Assembly: GCF_910592395.1 (NCBI RefSeq)
Contig: NC_088308.1
Coordinates: 1,488,001-1,552,000 of the forward strand
Direction of reading: 5' to 3'
DNA length: 64,000 nt
Source: Lineus longissimus
Lineage: Eukaryota
In this document: piece by piece, positions 1 through 14,979 of the stretch
Layout: each line of letters opens with the position of its first letter
How positions within the stretch are numbered: the stretch's first letter is position 1
The notes under the pieces: generated by a model
What the model saw: the letters and a program-made list of their open reading frames with translations, nothing else
What the model was told of the DNA's origin: nothing
Database searches by the model: none
Made by a program: the position numbers and the translations under genes

Positions 1-1272
1 CAGGGGTGAATATGAGGCCGCCATGAATTTTGAATCGGTCAATGACTCTCACAATAAGAGTGCACGGAAGCCATTTTCATCCCAAATGTCATCAACAGTC
101 TTCAGCAAACTAATCACATGGATCAAAGGCATAATGAGAAACAGCCATTTTTTAGCCGAAAAGTATAACCACGACTATCATCCATCAAAAAAAGTACCCC
201 ATAAGATACTAATTAATGAAGATAATTAGCTTTTCTGATAATCAGATCAGTACATGTTCCTGAGCTGCATAAATGTCATATAAAAACAGAAAGTTGAATA
301 CTTTGACTGCAAGTCAAAATGCATAGGCCTGACGGAGTTCATTTGGAAATTTAACTATAATTATAATGTTATGAATACTTCCTGCTCAAAGCCAATACTA
401 AGATACACAATACCTTTGGGTCTGTCTCAGGTTAATTAACCTCTACTTGCACTGGCCTTCTATGCTATCTGCTTACCAATTAATTAAACTACCTTAATAC
501 CATTGCATGTCACATGCAAAGCTTATTAGTCCATGACAGGCAATATTGAAACTATAATTAACTATTCACTCCGCCTTAGAAAGTATGTAAGCTGCATGCT
601 TAATACACAGACACAATTTGAGCTATCAACTATTTCTGCTGAGCCATAAATGTCACAAAGATGTCAGCATCACACAAAATAAAGTGATCAAATCACCCAT
701 AATCTACCGCTGAGCGCTAGCTCCGAAAAGTCAATTGCGTATTCCTCTGGGCCACATCCAACATGGTATTTCTTCCCAAACGTCAACACCTAGTTTACAG
801 ATCACCACATTTGCGTCACTTGATAGTTGGTGACGCAGACAATGAAACCAGGCAGGTCGATACCCTAAATCTGCCGAATTTGTAAGTCAAATTCCTGCCG
901 AGCGCTTTATATCCGAGGGATTAGTTTTTCTAGGGGCATTGGTATGCGGGACGTGATCACCCAGTAAATGATTGGTATGCTATCCATAATTGGCGGTGGC
1001 ATCAGTTTGCTAGGATGATGGCGCGGTGGTATTTACCGCCGAGATCGATTATGATAGATTGTTGGAAGAATACTGATTTCGGGACTGATATCACACCACT
1101 CTGTTGACACTCTATGATTGGTTGAGGTAACGTTGTGATTTTCTTTGTGGACATGAAACGAAGAAGCATATCACTGGTTTGATGCCAACATCTTTGATCT
1201 AAACAACCAGCCAGCAATTTGTTCTCTCGTAAAACATGATGTTTTCCTACAGAGCTAGTAAAGTGTACGTAC

Positions 1273-1348
1273 CACTATCATATCTGACGGTTCCAATACG
1301 AGGCACTCATTGGGACGACGGTTACTCGTGGCAGTGCGTTTGCCAAAG
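1273..1348 (-). CDS. RAPGEF2: PDZ-GEF coding exon 4: (C)FGKRTATSNRRPNECLVLEPSDMIV; gene continues beyond the left edge
   Basis: TTTCTTTGCAG| acceptor and GTG|GTACGT donor; 76 nt, phase matches exon 3. Matches RAPGEF2 FGKRSAGSFRRGCECIVLEPSEMIV. Confidence 0.93.
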
Positions 1349-4300
1349 CTGCAAAGAAATAGAAAAGACTTTTGTTTAAAATATGCCAAATTCATAAACT
1401 GAGAAGAACAGAACAATTTCATAAACCAAGGCTGCGAGTAGTTTCAGCTACAAAAGAAAGATCTGAGCCTGTGAAAACTACCTGAAAATGAAAATAAGAT
1501 TATTGCATTACAGCAAGACTAAAGAAAGGGCTGGCTTTGATACCATCATACAATGCAAGAACAGCTGATCGAAATGAAACCTCAAGTGCAGATGACAAGT
1601 CCAGATGACTTGCAAGAATTGAACAACCCTCACCTTTGTTCTGAATCAATTGGGTGAAGCAATTTTGTTGCAAAATTCCAATACAACAAACCGGCTCTGC
1701 AGATCAACGAGACCTTTCACCGTCTAGCTAACACTATAAACTATGCATGAAAGTGTTAGGTCTCGCAAATTTATTGTACGAGGTGCCATTCGTCACTGGG
1801 ATGGCGTTATTGACCATGCTCTTAAACCTCCAAGTAATGTTGTCTATTAGGAAACCCGGGAGCCTTGACAGTTATGTTGGGTGACGAAATGCTAGCAAGA
1901 AGGTACTAGAAGTCTTCAATGGACAGCCAAAATGCTCCAGAGGGTAGAGGAATTCTTACCAGCTTGGACTCCCAGCTTGATAGCGACTTGAAGCTGCCTG
2001 TTCAGGGGGGTCACGGTGAGACAATCATGAAGTCTCGGGAGGGATGATTCACCTAACTAGACATTGATTGACAGGCTCTATTAGATTACTGGCTCATCTT
2101 CAGAATAATCGAAGAGTTGGCCGGGATAGAATCTGTGCAGAGATCGGGCCAGTTTGTAAGCGGATACCGGAGGTGTCATTTGGGAACATCATTTTAAGTT
2201 TCAGTCTTAGTTTGATATTCTACAAGTAGATATAAGAACATTTACAAAATGTAGGAATTTGAACATGATCCCTCAACTTGAACATCAAGATTTGAGATAT
2301 TCTTGATTGATTTATTTGAGTACCCGAACCACTAGCTTTGTATGGGGTGAAACTTAATGCAGTCAGCGGCAACATCCACATTAGATTTGCTTTTCAAAGC
2401 AGGGTCGTTCATACCGGTATCAATGTTGTCACACCCCAAGTACGACAATGTCACAGATTCATTCAACATGAATTTCAGCTTTCAGTTCAACATGGAAATT
2501 GCCACAACAGGCAAAAAATAAATATCCAAATTGGAAAATTATGGAACTTGAACAGTTCCAACCACATTGGAAACCTGAACTACAGGTGCCATGAAATAAT
2601 TAGGTGATTATCGAACTCCTACAGCTATTGGTATCAGCAAGATGGTGAAAAACACAACAACACGTTTAGTGAGCACATTTTCCAATAATCTTTGCCACAG
2701 GGGACACAGAAGCAATAGTTTTGGCTGATACCCTACACATATCAATTCCTTATATAGTGTGTTTTAGTTTTTTGATTCACCAGGCGGAAAGCTGGCTCGT
2801 GGTAGAAGATGTGGTTGCATGGTCTAGTTTCAATGTCAGGATCGGTACAAAGTAGACCGTTAGCCAAACTATCACACTGATGCATTGCATGTACTCCGAG
2901 ATTGGGCAGGTCAAGCCTATTGGAAAGGAATGAAGAAAATGCTGCCTTCGTGAAGGATGACAATCAAAGGGCACCAAGGAAAAGGGGAGGCAAGAAGGTA
3001 ATTGCCTCTGTGAATTTCTGACACTGTCTTAGGGAAACTCATAACAACTATACCTTGACCATATGGACATGTCTTGAAATCCAGGTTTAACACATTGGCT
3101 GAGGTATTCCATTTGTACATCTGGTGCATTTCAAACATCCTCCGGCTGAGGAATGGAAGACAACTGGTTTTCAAACCCGATGTACGTCATATCTGTCTAC
3201 TTTTTGATCAATTCATGGATTACACGTGACCAAGCATAAATTTCCAACTGGAGCTTGATAACACATTAAACTATACTGAGCAGGGTTAAGATGGACATGG
3301 GAACAAAATCATCGAGACAGATGGCCGGTTACAGAGTAGGTCACGTAACTCCGACATGTGATCTCTCAACTTGTGACGGTATCTATACCAATGACGTTTC
3401 ACATTTATAAGTCCATGTCGCCAGCCTTTAGTCTGCTACTAAGTCTGCCTCTATTGTCCCTTTAAGTGTGATGATGAGAAGAATGTGCGATGCAAGACAC
3501 GGCCAACATCTATGTGCTTCCAGCTCAATGAAATGAATGAAATTGCCTTATCGATCGTTGCTGATGTTTAATTGCCTGGGACCTTCAAGCCGGCCTCTTG
3601 TGTATATATTGCAGTTCAGTCACATCTGACCTAAAGTGGCAAGGCTCATTATTTTATTGAAGGCTGTGGCTGATGGCGTCAATTCTAATAAAGGCTTCAG
3701 AAATTGGAGCATAGCCTTGACCTCAGGATTAGATCAAAGACCATAGCAGTGAAACTTTGAAGTCAACACCATTCGCCCTACTGGGTCAAGCATTCTGCTT
3801 CATCAAGCCCCACATACCCATCTACTAGCAGTCATTTCTGGTAATTACACAATCAGACAAGCGCAAGACAGGAATCTGTGATCGATGCAATGTGCGATCA
3901 ATATCTACTCAAGGGACGACTGGTTGACCCGGCAGATGAGCAATTACCTCCCTGATAAAAATAGTTAGTTTGCAGGGAACTTTATGTCAGTGGAGACCGG
4001 CCCATGACTCAAAGGGTTAAACCAATTGATTCGCCTAAGGTGCACACTGCAGTAGCAGGAAGCAACATCTATGACACCACTCTACATGTAGCATCGTCTT
4101 CCCATCTATCTTGTAGAGGGATATTTCCCTTGGGAGCGATCACGAAAGGCTGGAGTCGAATTAAGGAAATTCGTGACGACAAACAGCTATTTGTCATTGT
4201 GTATCCTTCTGGTGTAATTGTGAATCATAATCTGCCATGCTGGCAAATACAGTGTTGTGCAAAAGTAAAATGTAACCAATATTACCAATTATCTGTGAAG

Positions 4301-4838
4301 TTTTTTGCATTTCTACCAATACCATAACTTGCCTACAAAATTCACACTTTCTAACAAGTGGTCTTGATGTACATTGTATGGCAAAGGATATCACTTCAAG
4401 TCGGCTGGAATTTGCATAATATATCACTGTACAACTGTTGCCTTGTATTCTAATCAATGAGATTAAGCATGGGAAACTCTCGGCTGTTAAATGATACAAG
4501 TCGGGCGAGAGTATGTGCAGAATGACTCAGAGGTCCTCGAGAACACCTGCTGCATGTATTGATGTGTGTTTGCGAAACAACATGACATCACAGTCACAAC
4601 TTGGAATAGACAAACAGACAGCTGATGGGACTGCTGACGTCAAGGACAGAAAGACAGTGATGGCTCCGTCATCGCTGTCAATGACTGGCGAAGATTAAAG
4701 GAGGTAGACACTGTCAACAAGTGACGCAGAGCACTGGAGTCCAACACAAAAGGAGACACTACAACTGAATGACCAAAACAACCCATCAATTTTTGAGACA
4801 GATTGATGTAAAGGAGTCCACGAAAGTTAGAACTAAAT

Positions 4839-5059
4839 GTGACCCGCTCTACCAAAACTAGGCGCTTGTCGCATCTGAACTTGACAGGTTGATACGGACT
4901 TGTTGTTCATTTCCCTATTGTAGACCTTTTGTGAAATCTATTACAAACAGATTTGGTCACATTTCACAAAAGGTCTACAATAGGGAAATGAACAACAAGT
5001 CCGCATCAGCCTGTCAAGTTCAGATGCGACAAGCGCCTAGTTTTGGTAGAGCGAGTCAC
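4839..5059. mobile_element. Palindromic MITE copy 1 (~100-bp inverted arms, GTGAC...GTCAC), 4-bp TSD AAAT; Sola1-like by TSD
   Basis: Near-perfect inverted arms visible directly; AAAT on both sides; second copy at 6583-6800. Confidence 0.85.
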
Positions 5060-6582
5060 AAATGAGTAATCCAAACTATTACTCAAGCAATGAAATTCAA
5101 ATTCTTTGCTGAAGAAAACCACATGAATATTGCTTTCCATATAAAGGTGCTGTCACAATCGTGACTTCAGACTATCGAGAACAGGTTGTCATGAGGGGGA
5201 GTAGATGACATCATAAGGAAATGACGTCTTATATCTGGATTTAATAACTCAATCAAGGAGAAGAAAAGAGCTGTCTTTACAAGATCCAAATGAGGATCGT
5301 TGTGTTGTGCATGTTAACACAATAATGACAAACAATGCTTCGAGAGAGAAAGAGAAGGTGCAGCCGATGGGTTCTTAAGAAAGTACCTTATTGACTCACT
5401 CTGAAGTTTTCCCCGATAAATGGAGCAGGGGGTGAAATCTGGCAGATCATCACATCATAAGTGGGTACTTATCTGAATTCACCTAGCACACACTCTCAAA
5501 CCAAGTTAGACACATCGGAAGAAAAAAGTGAAACTGATCATAAATTGTCCCCAGAATTTCATCAGGCTGAGATATTCCTATTGTTTGTCAATGATGGAGC
5601 TCAATTCCATTCCCATTTGGTATCAAATTGAAACTAGTCATATCTTCAAAAGCAATATCAAAACTCACCATCTAATTTGGCAATAATGACTAATTCGACT
5701 CTGGGCAATTTTTAGTAATTAATGAGATTGTTTCTGACAATTGATGAACGATTAACTGTTCATTTTAATGATAATAACCATAAATTGTCAGATTGAAGAG
5801 ATCTATACAATTTGCCAAAAGCACTGTAACAAAGTCAATCTGATGTCAGTGTGGTCTGTCTGCATTATTTTGGCAACCTATTCATTTTTTTTTCTTGTCT
5901 TGTGGCCAGGTCAAGTTTATGAAACTTTGGACAGAGTTTGGAGAAGGGTCATTTTTCAGTTCATGTTCTTATGAATGAAGAAAGATGGTGGTACAAGCCT
6001 AAATGACAGCATCATCCACACTGAAGTCTCTTGCAACCCAAGCACACTCATGTATTGGGCGTATAAGTTGCTACACTGCAGTCACTATGAACTCCAGTGT
6101 ATACACACTATTGAAATCAATAAAACTATTGACAGGGCATCTGCAATTAAAAAGACCATCCAACAAAAATATAGATATTTGAAACGTACCTCATATGATA
6201 TTGATAATCCTCTGAATGATAATAATCGCCACCAGAATCAGAGTAATACTCCATATCCCAAATTTCACTCTCCGCCCTGTCCTCCATTGTAATAGATGAT
6301 CAACACACCTGCCCCAATTAAAATATGCGATACATCCGCACAGAATTCATGCGATATTCCAACTGGCGTTTCCAGCGCTTGGGTTGAGAAGAACTGACGT
6401 GACCCAGATGTCCACATTCAACAAGTGATTGAACAATGACTAATACAACAGATAAATTTATACACTTCGATTCAGGGGAATACGAGACTAGGCAAATTTA
6501 ATTGCCATACATTTTAACCTGTATTTTTGTATTTAATTTCTATTTCATGTTCTTGCATACACATCAGAATTTTTGTGTATTT

Positions 6583-6800
6583 GTGACTCGCTCTACCAAA
6601 ACTAGGCGCTTGTCGCATCTGAACTTGACAGGTTGATACGGACTTGTTCATTTCCCTATTGTAGACCTTTTCTGAAATCTATTACAAACTGATTTGGTCA
6701 CATTTCACAAAAGGTCTACAATAGGGAAATGAACAACAAGTCCGTATCAACCCGTCAAGTTCAGATGCAACAAGCGCCTAGTTTTGGTAGAGCGGGTCAC
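6583..6800. mobile_element. Palindromic MITE copy 2, 4-bp TSD ATTT
   Basis: Nearly identical to 4839-5059; ATTT on both sides. Confidence 0.85.
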
Positions 6801-8099
6801 ATTTGATTTCCAGTGTGTGATTACTTCAAGAACTGTGTACTCGGAATATCTGGTAGTCATTGGAACAGAATGCATCAATCTGCAAGTCAGTAGATTCTCA
6901 TGTACAAGAATGTTGTGAAGTAAGCAACATAAAGATATGGAATATGATATTGAAATAGAGTTGGATTTGAATACACTCCCAATACACTGACAGCAATGAA
7001 GAGAATTTTAATCCAGGATCAGGACTGAAGTTAAGCCATCTTTCGACGGCATAACAGAACCCCTTCTCATCCTTCCACTTGCTCAATGCAAAGGCAATCC
7101 AGGTTTAACATTCAAATATGAAATCTATCATTTTTTAGGTTATTCAAAATGTTACAGAACAATTTTCAGGCAAAGTCTGCATACCAAAGATAACCATTTT
7201 TTGTCTCGGGATGAATTTATGAGATTTACAACCAGACTTGTGAATGAATTCATTACATTTTTAAAAATGTCAACAACCCTGCTATCAATATGATTGGTGT
7301 TTCGATAATTTGTCTATCAGCACTTAATCAAATCCAAGAAAAGATCAGTCATCATGTGAAGTCAAGTGTCGTGGAATCCAAGGACTAGATATTCCAACCC
7401 TCAAGATGTCACATGTTTTAATGGGCCCACAACACGAGAACACTTCAGTTGGGAAGCCATGGCAGACATTGCCACGTCCAGCAGACACGTTCCACTTTTT
7501 GACATGTCAAAATCCCAACCTTTGATAAAATTTCTGTGTGCTGTGTTGTGTGTTGTGCTGGAGAGTATCAGGCAAGACAATGTTACTTCTGATTAAATAC
7601 AGTAGCTTTTCTTCATATCCTTTTATAGGATCTACAATCGTCATGATTCTGTAGGGTGCGGTGACACTTCCAATAAAATATACCTCAGAAATGTAAACCT
7701 CTTGGGTACTTGCTATCACCACTCACTTGATTACAAAGTGGAAGGAAACACTCTGTCCCAATCCCCCAGGCCGGCATTACCCGGCCATAAAAACACATCA
7801 GGAAGTGTTTTCCTCTTGACTACTTTGCAACCACCATTCCCTTGACTGCAAGATTGGAGAGATCAACTGACGCAGAATCAACCCATCTTGATCCCACAGG
7901 CTTTTCCTCCCACTCACATAAGTACATGAGAAAGCGTTATACTTTTGTAGCGATTACAGCATCCACTCCCTTGATTGAAAGGTAGGAGGAAGGATTGGCT
8001 CAGCTTTAAACCTTGCCAGCGGTCACTGCAAAAAACCACACCAGAGAAACAATCTCCAAGTTATCAACAGTCTCACCATGGCTTTATGAAGCACGCTTT

Positions 8100-10050
8100 G
8101 TTTAATCACAGATGAATTCCTTGAGGGATGAGAACTCTGTCATGAGATGCTGGTGATACTTGTATTTTGATAACTGTCAATGATGATACTGAAGTCTGGG
8201 TGAGGTTTTTGTGGTAAATGATACGCGATTCTGGTGATGTCATGTTGGTTTCAATTATCGAGATAGTCAATGTATTGTGGGAGTGCTGAAGTGCTTGGCC
8301 TCCGAGACAATCAGCACGATCGGATTGAAGAGGGTATGGAGGGTATCTCCATGTCTTGCTGACGTCAATAGCCATGTTTATCAATGTGGTGTGAACAATT
8401 GGCCAGATAATAGCCATAAGGTAGAGGTGTTAGCTGACTTGAGGAGACTACTGCTCCCCTTATCTCAGAGTACTTGTCACTGTACCCAGTACAACTGCAC
8501 CAATCAACTCTGAACAAAGTACTAGTAACAGAATTTGCACTCCAACAGCCTTTACCACCAAATGAAGTGATGGCAGTGCCAACAATAAAATGCAAATGAG
8601 TCTGAATCCAAACAAGCGTTCCATCCCAGGAGTATTAGCTGAAACATTGATGCCATTAGGGAGCCGAACACAAAAGCTATATCGAAGTATTCTGATGGGA
8701 AGCAGGAAGAAACAGATGCATGTCTTTATTAGGAAGCCACCATGTCAAAGGTGATGTACTGCCAGGATGCATTTGACTGGCTGGATTAACTGGCTTGCAG
8801 AGTAGTGGGAGACACATGACAAGAAGAAGCACCAATTTGAACACAACTTGGCAAAACTCCAAGTGGTGAAAACGACACGTTTGAAGTTATCCAATGAAAT
8901 TGACACTTTTTATGCATGATTGGAGATAATGGATCCTAGAATACAGAAAATGAGTAAAAGGTGAGAAAATGAGAATTGGTTGGTGTTCATGAGGGTGTGC
9001 AGCATCTGAAACATCAAAGACAGACTGGTGGTTGTTCACTGCATGAGTGCATGGCAGATATGAGAAATTCAACTCTTCTTTTTTCACTCATCTTCCTCAT
9101 TGTCATCACAGTCGAGTGTTTCAACATCTTATCTGCTTGGTCTGCACCTAGCTGGTTATCTGATCACTGCGGTTTCTTGCATGGAACCACAGAGGCACAA
9201 TGATTCTGACTTTGGCCAACGTACATCCACAGAAAGTTCAACCAGTGAAACACAAAACTACGCACCTGTTGGAGGAAGTCGTGGAGAGATGTGCGCACAT
9301 TGACCTTTGTTTTGGTTCTGAACGGCCTCCTCTGATAGATGCAATGTCAATTATTAACGGCTCAATTACAGAATCCCTGACAAATAATATTATCAGTACC
9401 AAAAGGTTCTATGGCTTAACCTTACCAAAACGTCTCCTTGAAGCCTTTGTTAGGGATTCTGCAATCAAGCGTAAAACTTGACAAAGAAACGACCTGATCA
9501 AAAATCATCCCTTCCTACCTCGACATCCCAGAGATCCCAATGAATGAGACAGCATAGCCATACTTCCTCAGCATTATGATTTCTCAAGTCATACCGGTAT
9601 TGGTCACAAAATGAGATTTTCACAACTCACATTTAGCGTCACAAGGCACCAACAGGAACCCACTCAGTCATTACATATCCTCAAGTCGGGCAATGTTGAC
9701 ATTGGTCTAAAATAATACCTGAGCAGCTCTATATATACACTATATAGAACTCCTGTAAAATCCAACACAACGACAGAGACCATAAAGTCCTTGCCAAGTG
9801 ACATAAGACTATTACCAAAAGAACCCGACCACTATTGTCAAAGGATTAACCTAATACCTATCTGACAAAGGTGTTCTACTTCAGATCACTTGGTCATTAC
9901 ACTGAAGCTACCAAAATTTGGTAAGCCTCAAGTTTTCCAGGGCTGGATTTCTCAAATGTAGGCTATCCTTGGTAAAATTGGGGAAGCTTGTCCTCCCATT
10001 GTGATCTATTCACAATTCCCACTTGTGTCAACAGTGAGAGGGGTTAGTTC
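8100..10050 (-). mobile_element. Highly decayed Ty3/Gypsy pol relic (RT - RNase H - integrase); limits approximate
   Basis: Frameshifted motif remnants in Gypsy order: SFGN, LVTLNVSC, IRSFL, IAESLT, PLIIDIAS, VNNHQS, HPG...WWLPNKDM, LFRVDWCS, PPYPLQSD. Confidence 0.5.
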
Positions 10051-10299
10051 ACACCAGTCACCTTGTTTTCATGGTTCATTTCTTTCTGCTTCACAACACA
10101 TTTATAAAGATATCTCAAGCCAACAACTTTCAGAAAAGACTTCCAATTACAGTTTGATGTAACCCAATGTGGACAGCCTTAAAAAGATGAAACTCTCTTG
10201 GTAACTTGATAGTTGGCAGACACAGTTAAGAATTTGACCTGTATCGTATTAAAACTTCAAGTTGCCCTTGGCATTGGTATTAAATGAAATAATTCTGTG

Positions 10300-11700
10300 T
10301 TTTTCAAATGATATTGAAGTCTCACCTGGCAGGGTCAAGCCCCATCGCTCCATAAGGGCCAAGTGGTTTCTTGCAGCACACAACCCGGGCAAGCAAATCC
10401 ATACTTCAGGAAAGAATCCTTCTTTAGTCTGTATGACTTTCATAGAATATCCAGCATTGAAGAGAAGTATGTCCGATAAGATCTTGTCTGTATCAGTGTT
10501 AGCAGCAGTATGACGGTCACACACTGCTGGTGGTGTTATAAATGTGAACAGAAGGTCTATTAAGACGGTAAAGTTTAATTCCTCAATGAATCTTTCATAC
10601 TGTGTCTACAATGTACATCTGACCATCACGCAAAGCATCATCATTACAAGTTGTGAGACACCCTAGCTGATATCCCAGCCAAGTTGATAGACGAGACGAT
10701 CCTATGATTACTCATCACTCTCTAATCATGTTCCAAATCTCTGGGAGATGTTAACCAAGAAATGCTATCAAACACGGCTGAAAGAACTAATGTCTCGCAC
10801 ATGAAGCAAAGTACATTCCGGCATTCCCATCCGTCGTTGAACAGATACAGCTCTGGTTTTAACGTTTATCACCGTTGCCGACCACCCTAGGTATGAAGGA
10901 AAGATTCCGGTGAAAAACCAAGTTGCACCAGTTGGTATAAACTTGTCATGTCAACATATCTTCAGGCTTAAACATTTATATACTGCGTCAAAATACACAA
11001 TGCAGAATTGTCAATAGGTCCGAGGTTTATGCATGTATGCAGTTTGGATGCATCCAGAGGAAATGTCTAAATACAAATGAAATAGCTGCCGCAATATTGC
11101 CACAAATTGCTCTGATGATCAGAATGTAAACAAACCAATGAAGATTCAAATATCGGAGATTTTATTAAGAAGCAATGACTGTTTCAGGCAACCTCCAAAT
11201 CTGAGCACAACGGAGTCAGCAATACATTCCTTGGCTTGTTTTGTTGGTAGATCTTTTCTGAAATGATGGATTATTCGTCAAGACGATCCTGAATGAGCAG
11301 CTACATACCCAGGGAAAGGCCTGTAGAATACTAACAACACCGCAAGTCAAACAATTCGAAACGATTCTGAAATACTCCAGGAGATTCTCGGGTCCCAAGT
11401 TCACCGATGATGAGCAGTGCTACACGACTAGGTCTTAGGTTCAGAAGAGCAACACAGCAATGAACTCATATCTCAATAAGACAATAAGACTGCAAGCAGA
11501 AGCCACTCAAGACATTGCCTCGTGAAGATAAACACAAGAGTGTCGCACAGCAGAATTCCGATGGTTGCCCAACGCTGATCGATCTTGAAGGAGTTATTCA
11601 TTCATTTCCTGTAAGTCTCACAATCCCCGATCCCGTAGGATACATGCGCCATCGTGCGTAACTAACTACCCAGAAGATCGCATCATAATCCACCCATGTT
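10300..11700 (+). mobile_element. Decayed Ty3/Gypsy RNase H-integrase relic; limits approximate
   Basis: Remnants TSDHH (~10615), YDY, GDVNQEMLS, PWLVLLVDLF*NDG (~11229), MDYSSR, SGPKFT and NSDG, in the expected order with stops and frameshifts. Confidence 0.55.
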
Positions 11701-14700
11701 AAAACGCCCAGCAGACGAGATGTTTTCCATTATAATTAGAACATCAATACGAACCAAGGGGAGCATTTGTAAAAAGTTGTAGATGAAATTGACAGAACAC
11801 GATCAGTATGAGATGTGGTGATGTCAGAACCGGGTGGGTATAATCGAAATTTTCTGAGAACTTCCAACGATTCCAGTGGCAGTTTCCTGCAAACAACACG
11901 ATTATAGCATTTCATGGGCCTTTTCAATGTTGGAGGAAGATGGAATACTATAAAGCTATTATCAATCAATTTCAAAGAAACACACAAAGCAAAATGGCGG
12001 CAAATTATCACCAGTGATTAAACCGCTTGCAAAACATCAATAGGAAGCTGCACCTCTGACACATTCTGATTAAAGCACTTTATTCTCTTTGCTACCGATA
12101 ATACATCAGTACACAAAGTGTAGGAGTGACAAAGCAGGTCTGACATTTCATGATATCACTTGTAATATCCCCTGGATGGTGGTTACCCCATCAATGATTC
12201 AGAACCTGAAGGAAAATCAATGGAAACCGCCATAAGGGAAGTAAGAGGATGGGTGGGGGATGCTTGAAACTCTCTTTAACACCTTATGACCTTCGATGGT
12301 GAAGTTTCCTTTTTGAGATGAAATCTTGTCCCGTTCACTTCAGTATCTACATGTACCAGTTGCAACTTAGCTCTAAGATTTTGCCCTGAGTGATGACTGC
12401 AGTTGGAAACGAATTCAAAGTAGGGCGATAGATGCTGAGGCAGAATTTAGTAAAGTGACCATCAAGAGATATTCGTTGTCGGACCTCAGGGATAGCCTGG
12501 TGTCATGGGACAGGAGAAGCCACATTTGCCTGGAACTGGGATTGTTAGCGACACAGTATTAAACATATTCCCGTTATCATTTTGAAATGAGAAGAGACAT
12601 TGACACATCCGTAACATGCAAGGGTTAAAGAAGACACTCCATCATTTTCGCTTCCATACTATCGTACTCATGAGATAGCGAAATCAATCATCGATTCATG
12701 AACATTTACTCAATATCAAATGGCATGGTTCCAAAACAGCGATCGAAATAGCAAAATAGTCTCAAAGGTGACAGTGTAGCAATGTCTGTCTGAGATGGAA
12801 TGAAGGTGGTCAGCAGAGACTGATATCTGTATTAGATGATTATTTCTGGTCCAATTAAACCGACAGGCTGATCCCCGTTCTCCTTTTGTGGCGGAGCGGC
12901 TGTTTAATGATGTGATCGATACAGGGACATCAAGCCATCATACTTATAGTGTGATGAGGAGCATGTCAGATGATTATTCATGCTGTTTAGCAAATGGTTT
13001 CATACCCACTGGTGAGAAACGCCAATAGTGATACAGATGGAACAGGCTCAGTTATCATTAACCCAGCAAACCACAAAGACACGGCTCGGCTTTTTCTCAG
13101 CTTTCAACGATTACATGACAATCTGTGCTGCAGCCCTCGAGTCAGGCTAATCCACCACTGCAGCGATATACATGTACATGTAAAACATAAGCATTAGAAC
13201 AAAACACCAACCAGAATCAAAGTGGAGCTGAGCGTATCACAACTGCTGAATTCAAGTTAGACGGCAGGATTAATTCTACCCACGCAAGGACATCATCTGT
13301 CCTTATTACTCCAGAATTGAGTATTCTAATTTCGTGTTCTATTTCAGACATCTAATTTCACTCTGAACCTTAATCGTGACGATCAAGCTTCTTTTACAAT
13401 TTCTCCTGAGAAATACGATCTGTCACATATTTTGATCCGGCACTACATGTATCCCTCCCACATTCTTAATACTGGATCAGCTTTGGATTTCACTTTCAGC
13501 TGAACCTGATACAACCATACATATTCCAGATGACGAATATAAAGTAATCCTCTTGAAATCCTACTCACGGAGGATGTTTTTTATGGTTTTGATCAAAGGA
13601 TTTTTTCGATCCTAATTCAAGCATTCTGTAATGATATAAACTTCAACCTATAAATAACCATCCAAAGATACTTAGATTCTCAAAAGAATTACAAGTATGA
13701 ATGTTTCTCGTTTTTTTCAGGGAAATGTGAAAAGAAAAAATGGAAATTTAAGCTGGAAAGGATGAGAATCTACGCAGCAGCAAAGATATATCAGAAGGAA
13801 AAATGTTTTCATGTAATGTACCTCTGACATTTTTGAATTCGAGAATGGAGACGATAATCCCTCTCTACACATCCCACTTTGAAACATCAAAGTGATCTTA
13901 AAAACTTCAAACCTCCAAACTCACCACTCTCCACAAAAAGAAACGAAACTTGACAACACAATTGCTTATTTTTTCATCTCGGCAACATATTCAATGAGAA
14001 GTGTTGAGAAATCTAGAACCAAACAATGAAATCCGACAAAGCAAATTCGAGAAATTTCAATTTGTTTCTATCACAGCTACAACACAGCACAAGACCTATT
14101 GTTGGGCTCAATCAATACGATATCTCACAAGTTGAAAACAAAAGATGCAAATGTTCGATATTTTGAATCACAAACCACAGACACATGTATCCTTTAGGCT
14201 AGCATCACTTGAGAACATGAATGACTGGACCACAGCTTGGTTATACAAGTGCAGTCCGTTGACATGGGAGGGTTATTGGTCATGGTGAGTCACAGTCTGA
14301 TACAAGTTTTGTTAGGCGGCCAAAGTATCCTGCTGATTAACAGGTGGGTGTGTCCCAGCTAATCAGAGGAAGCATGAAGAAAGGAAAAAATGACATCACC
14401 GCCGAAAATGCATGCATTAGGAATGGAGAGCTGCAAATTAGAGAGAGTTTTCTTGAATTTGAATGTGGGGAGACACGATTTCCGAGACTGACATGCAAAC
14501 AGACGATTTGCCCTGAATTGGTGGTTGTCTTAATATAGCATCTCCTGCAAAAATTCAATGGGTTTGCTTTTTAAGTTTGTGACAATTCATCATTGGAAAT
14601 AGCAAAAAAAAATGCTCGTGAAAATTTCAAGCTTTGCATCAACACAGACATGTGCCATTGGCAAAGGAGCTCAAGAAGGGATCAGAAGAGAGAAGATCAT

Positions 14701-14979
14701 TGCGTCTTGTAAACAAAATGATTCTACTAGAACTAGATGTACCGTTGCTGTTCCAATGTTTACTCCCAAGTCTCACCACAATACGGCTGATTAACGACGT
14801 GGGCGTATCAATCAGGCGATGTCCCTTCTCACCACCAGAGGCAGTGATAATCCAATCTATGAATCCAACTAACATGACTAAAGGTAATCAGATCATTTTC
14901 CATGACCAGCTGATGACAACCAGTCAAATGACGTTTTCGCAAACGTCTGGAACGCAGACATTATCAGCATTATGAATCC

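Noticed and set aside
1..1272. Next PDZ-GEF exon after exon 4
   Set aside because: No phase-0 acceptor with a plausible open continuation was found; it probably lies outside the window.
2742..2963. RING-finger-like fragment DPDIETRPCNHIFYHE
   Set aside because: Several zinc ligands are missing and there is no splice context. At most a decayed relic; not supportable without a search.
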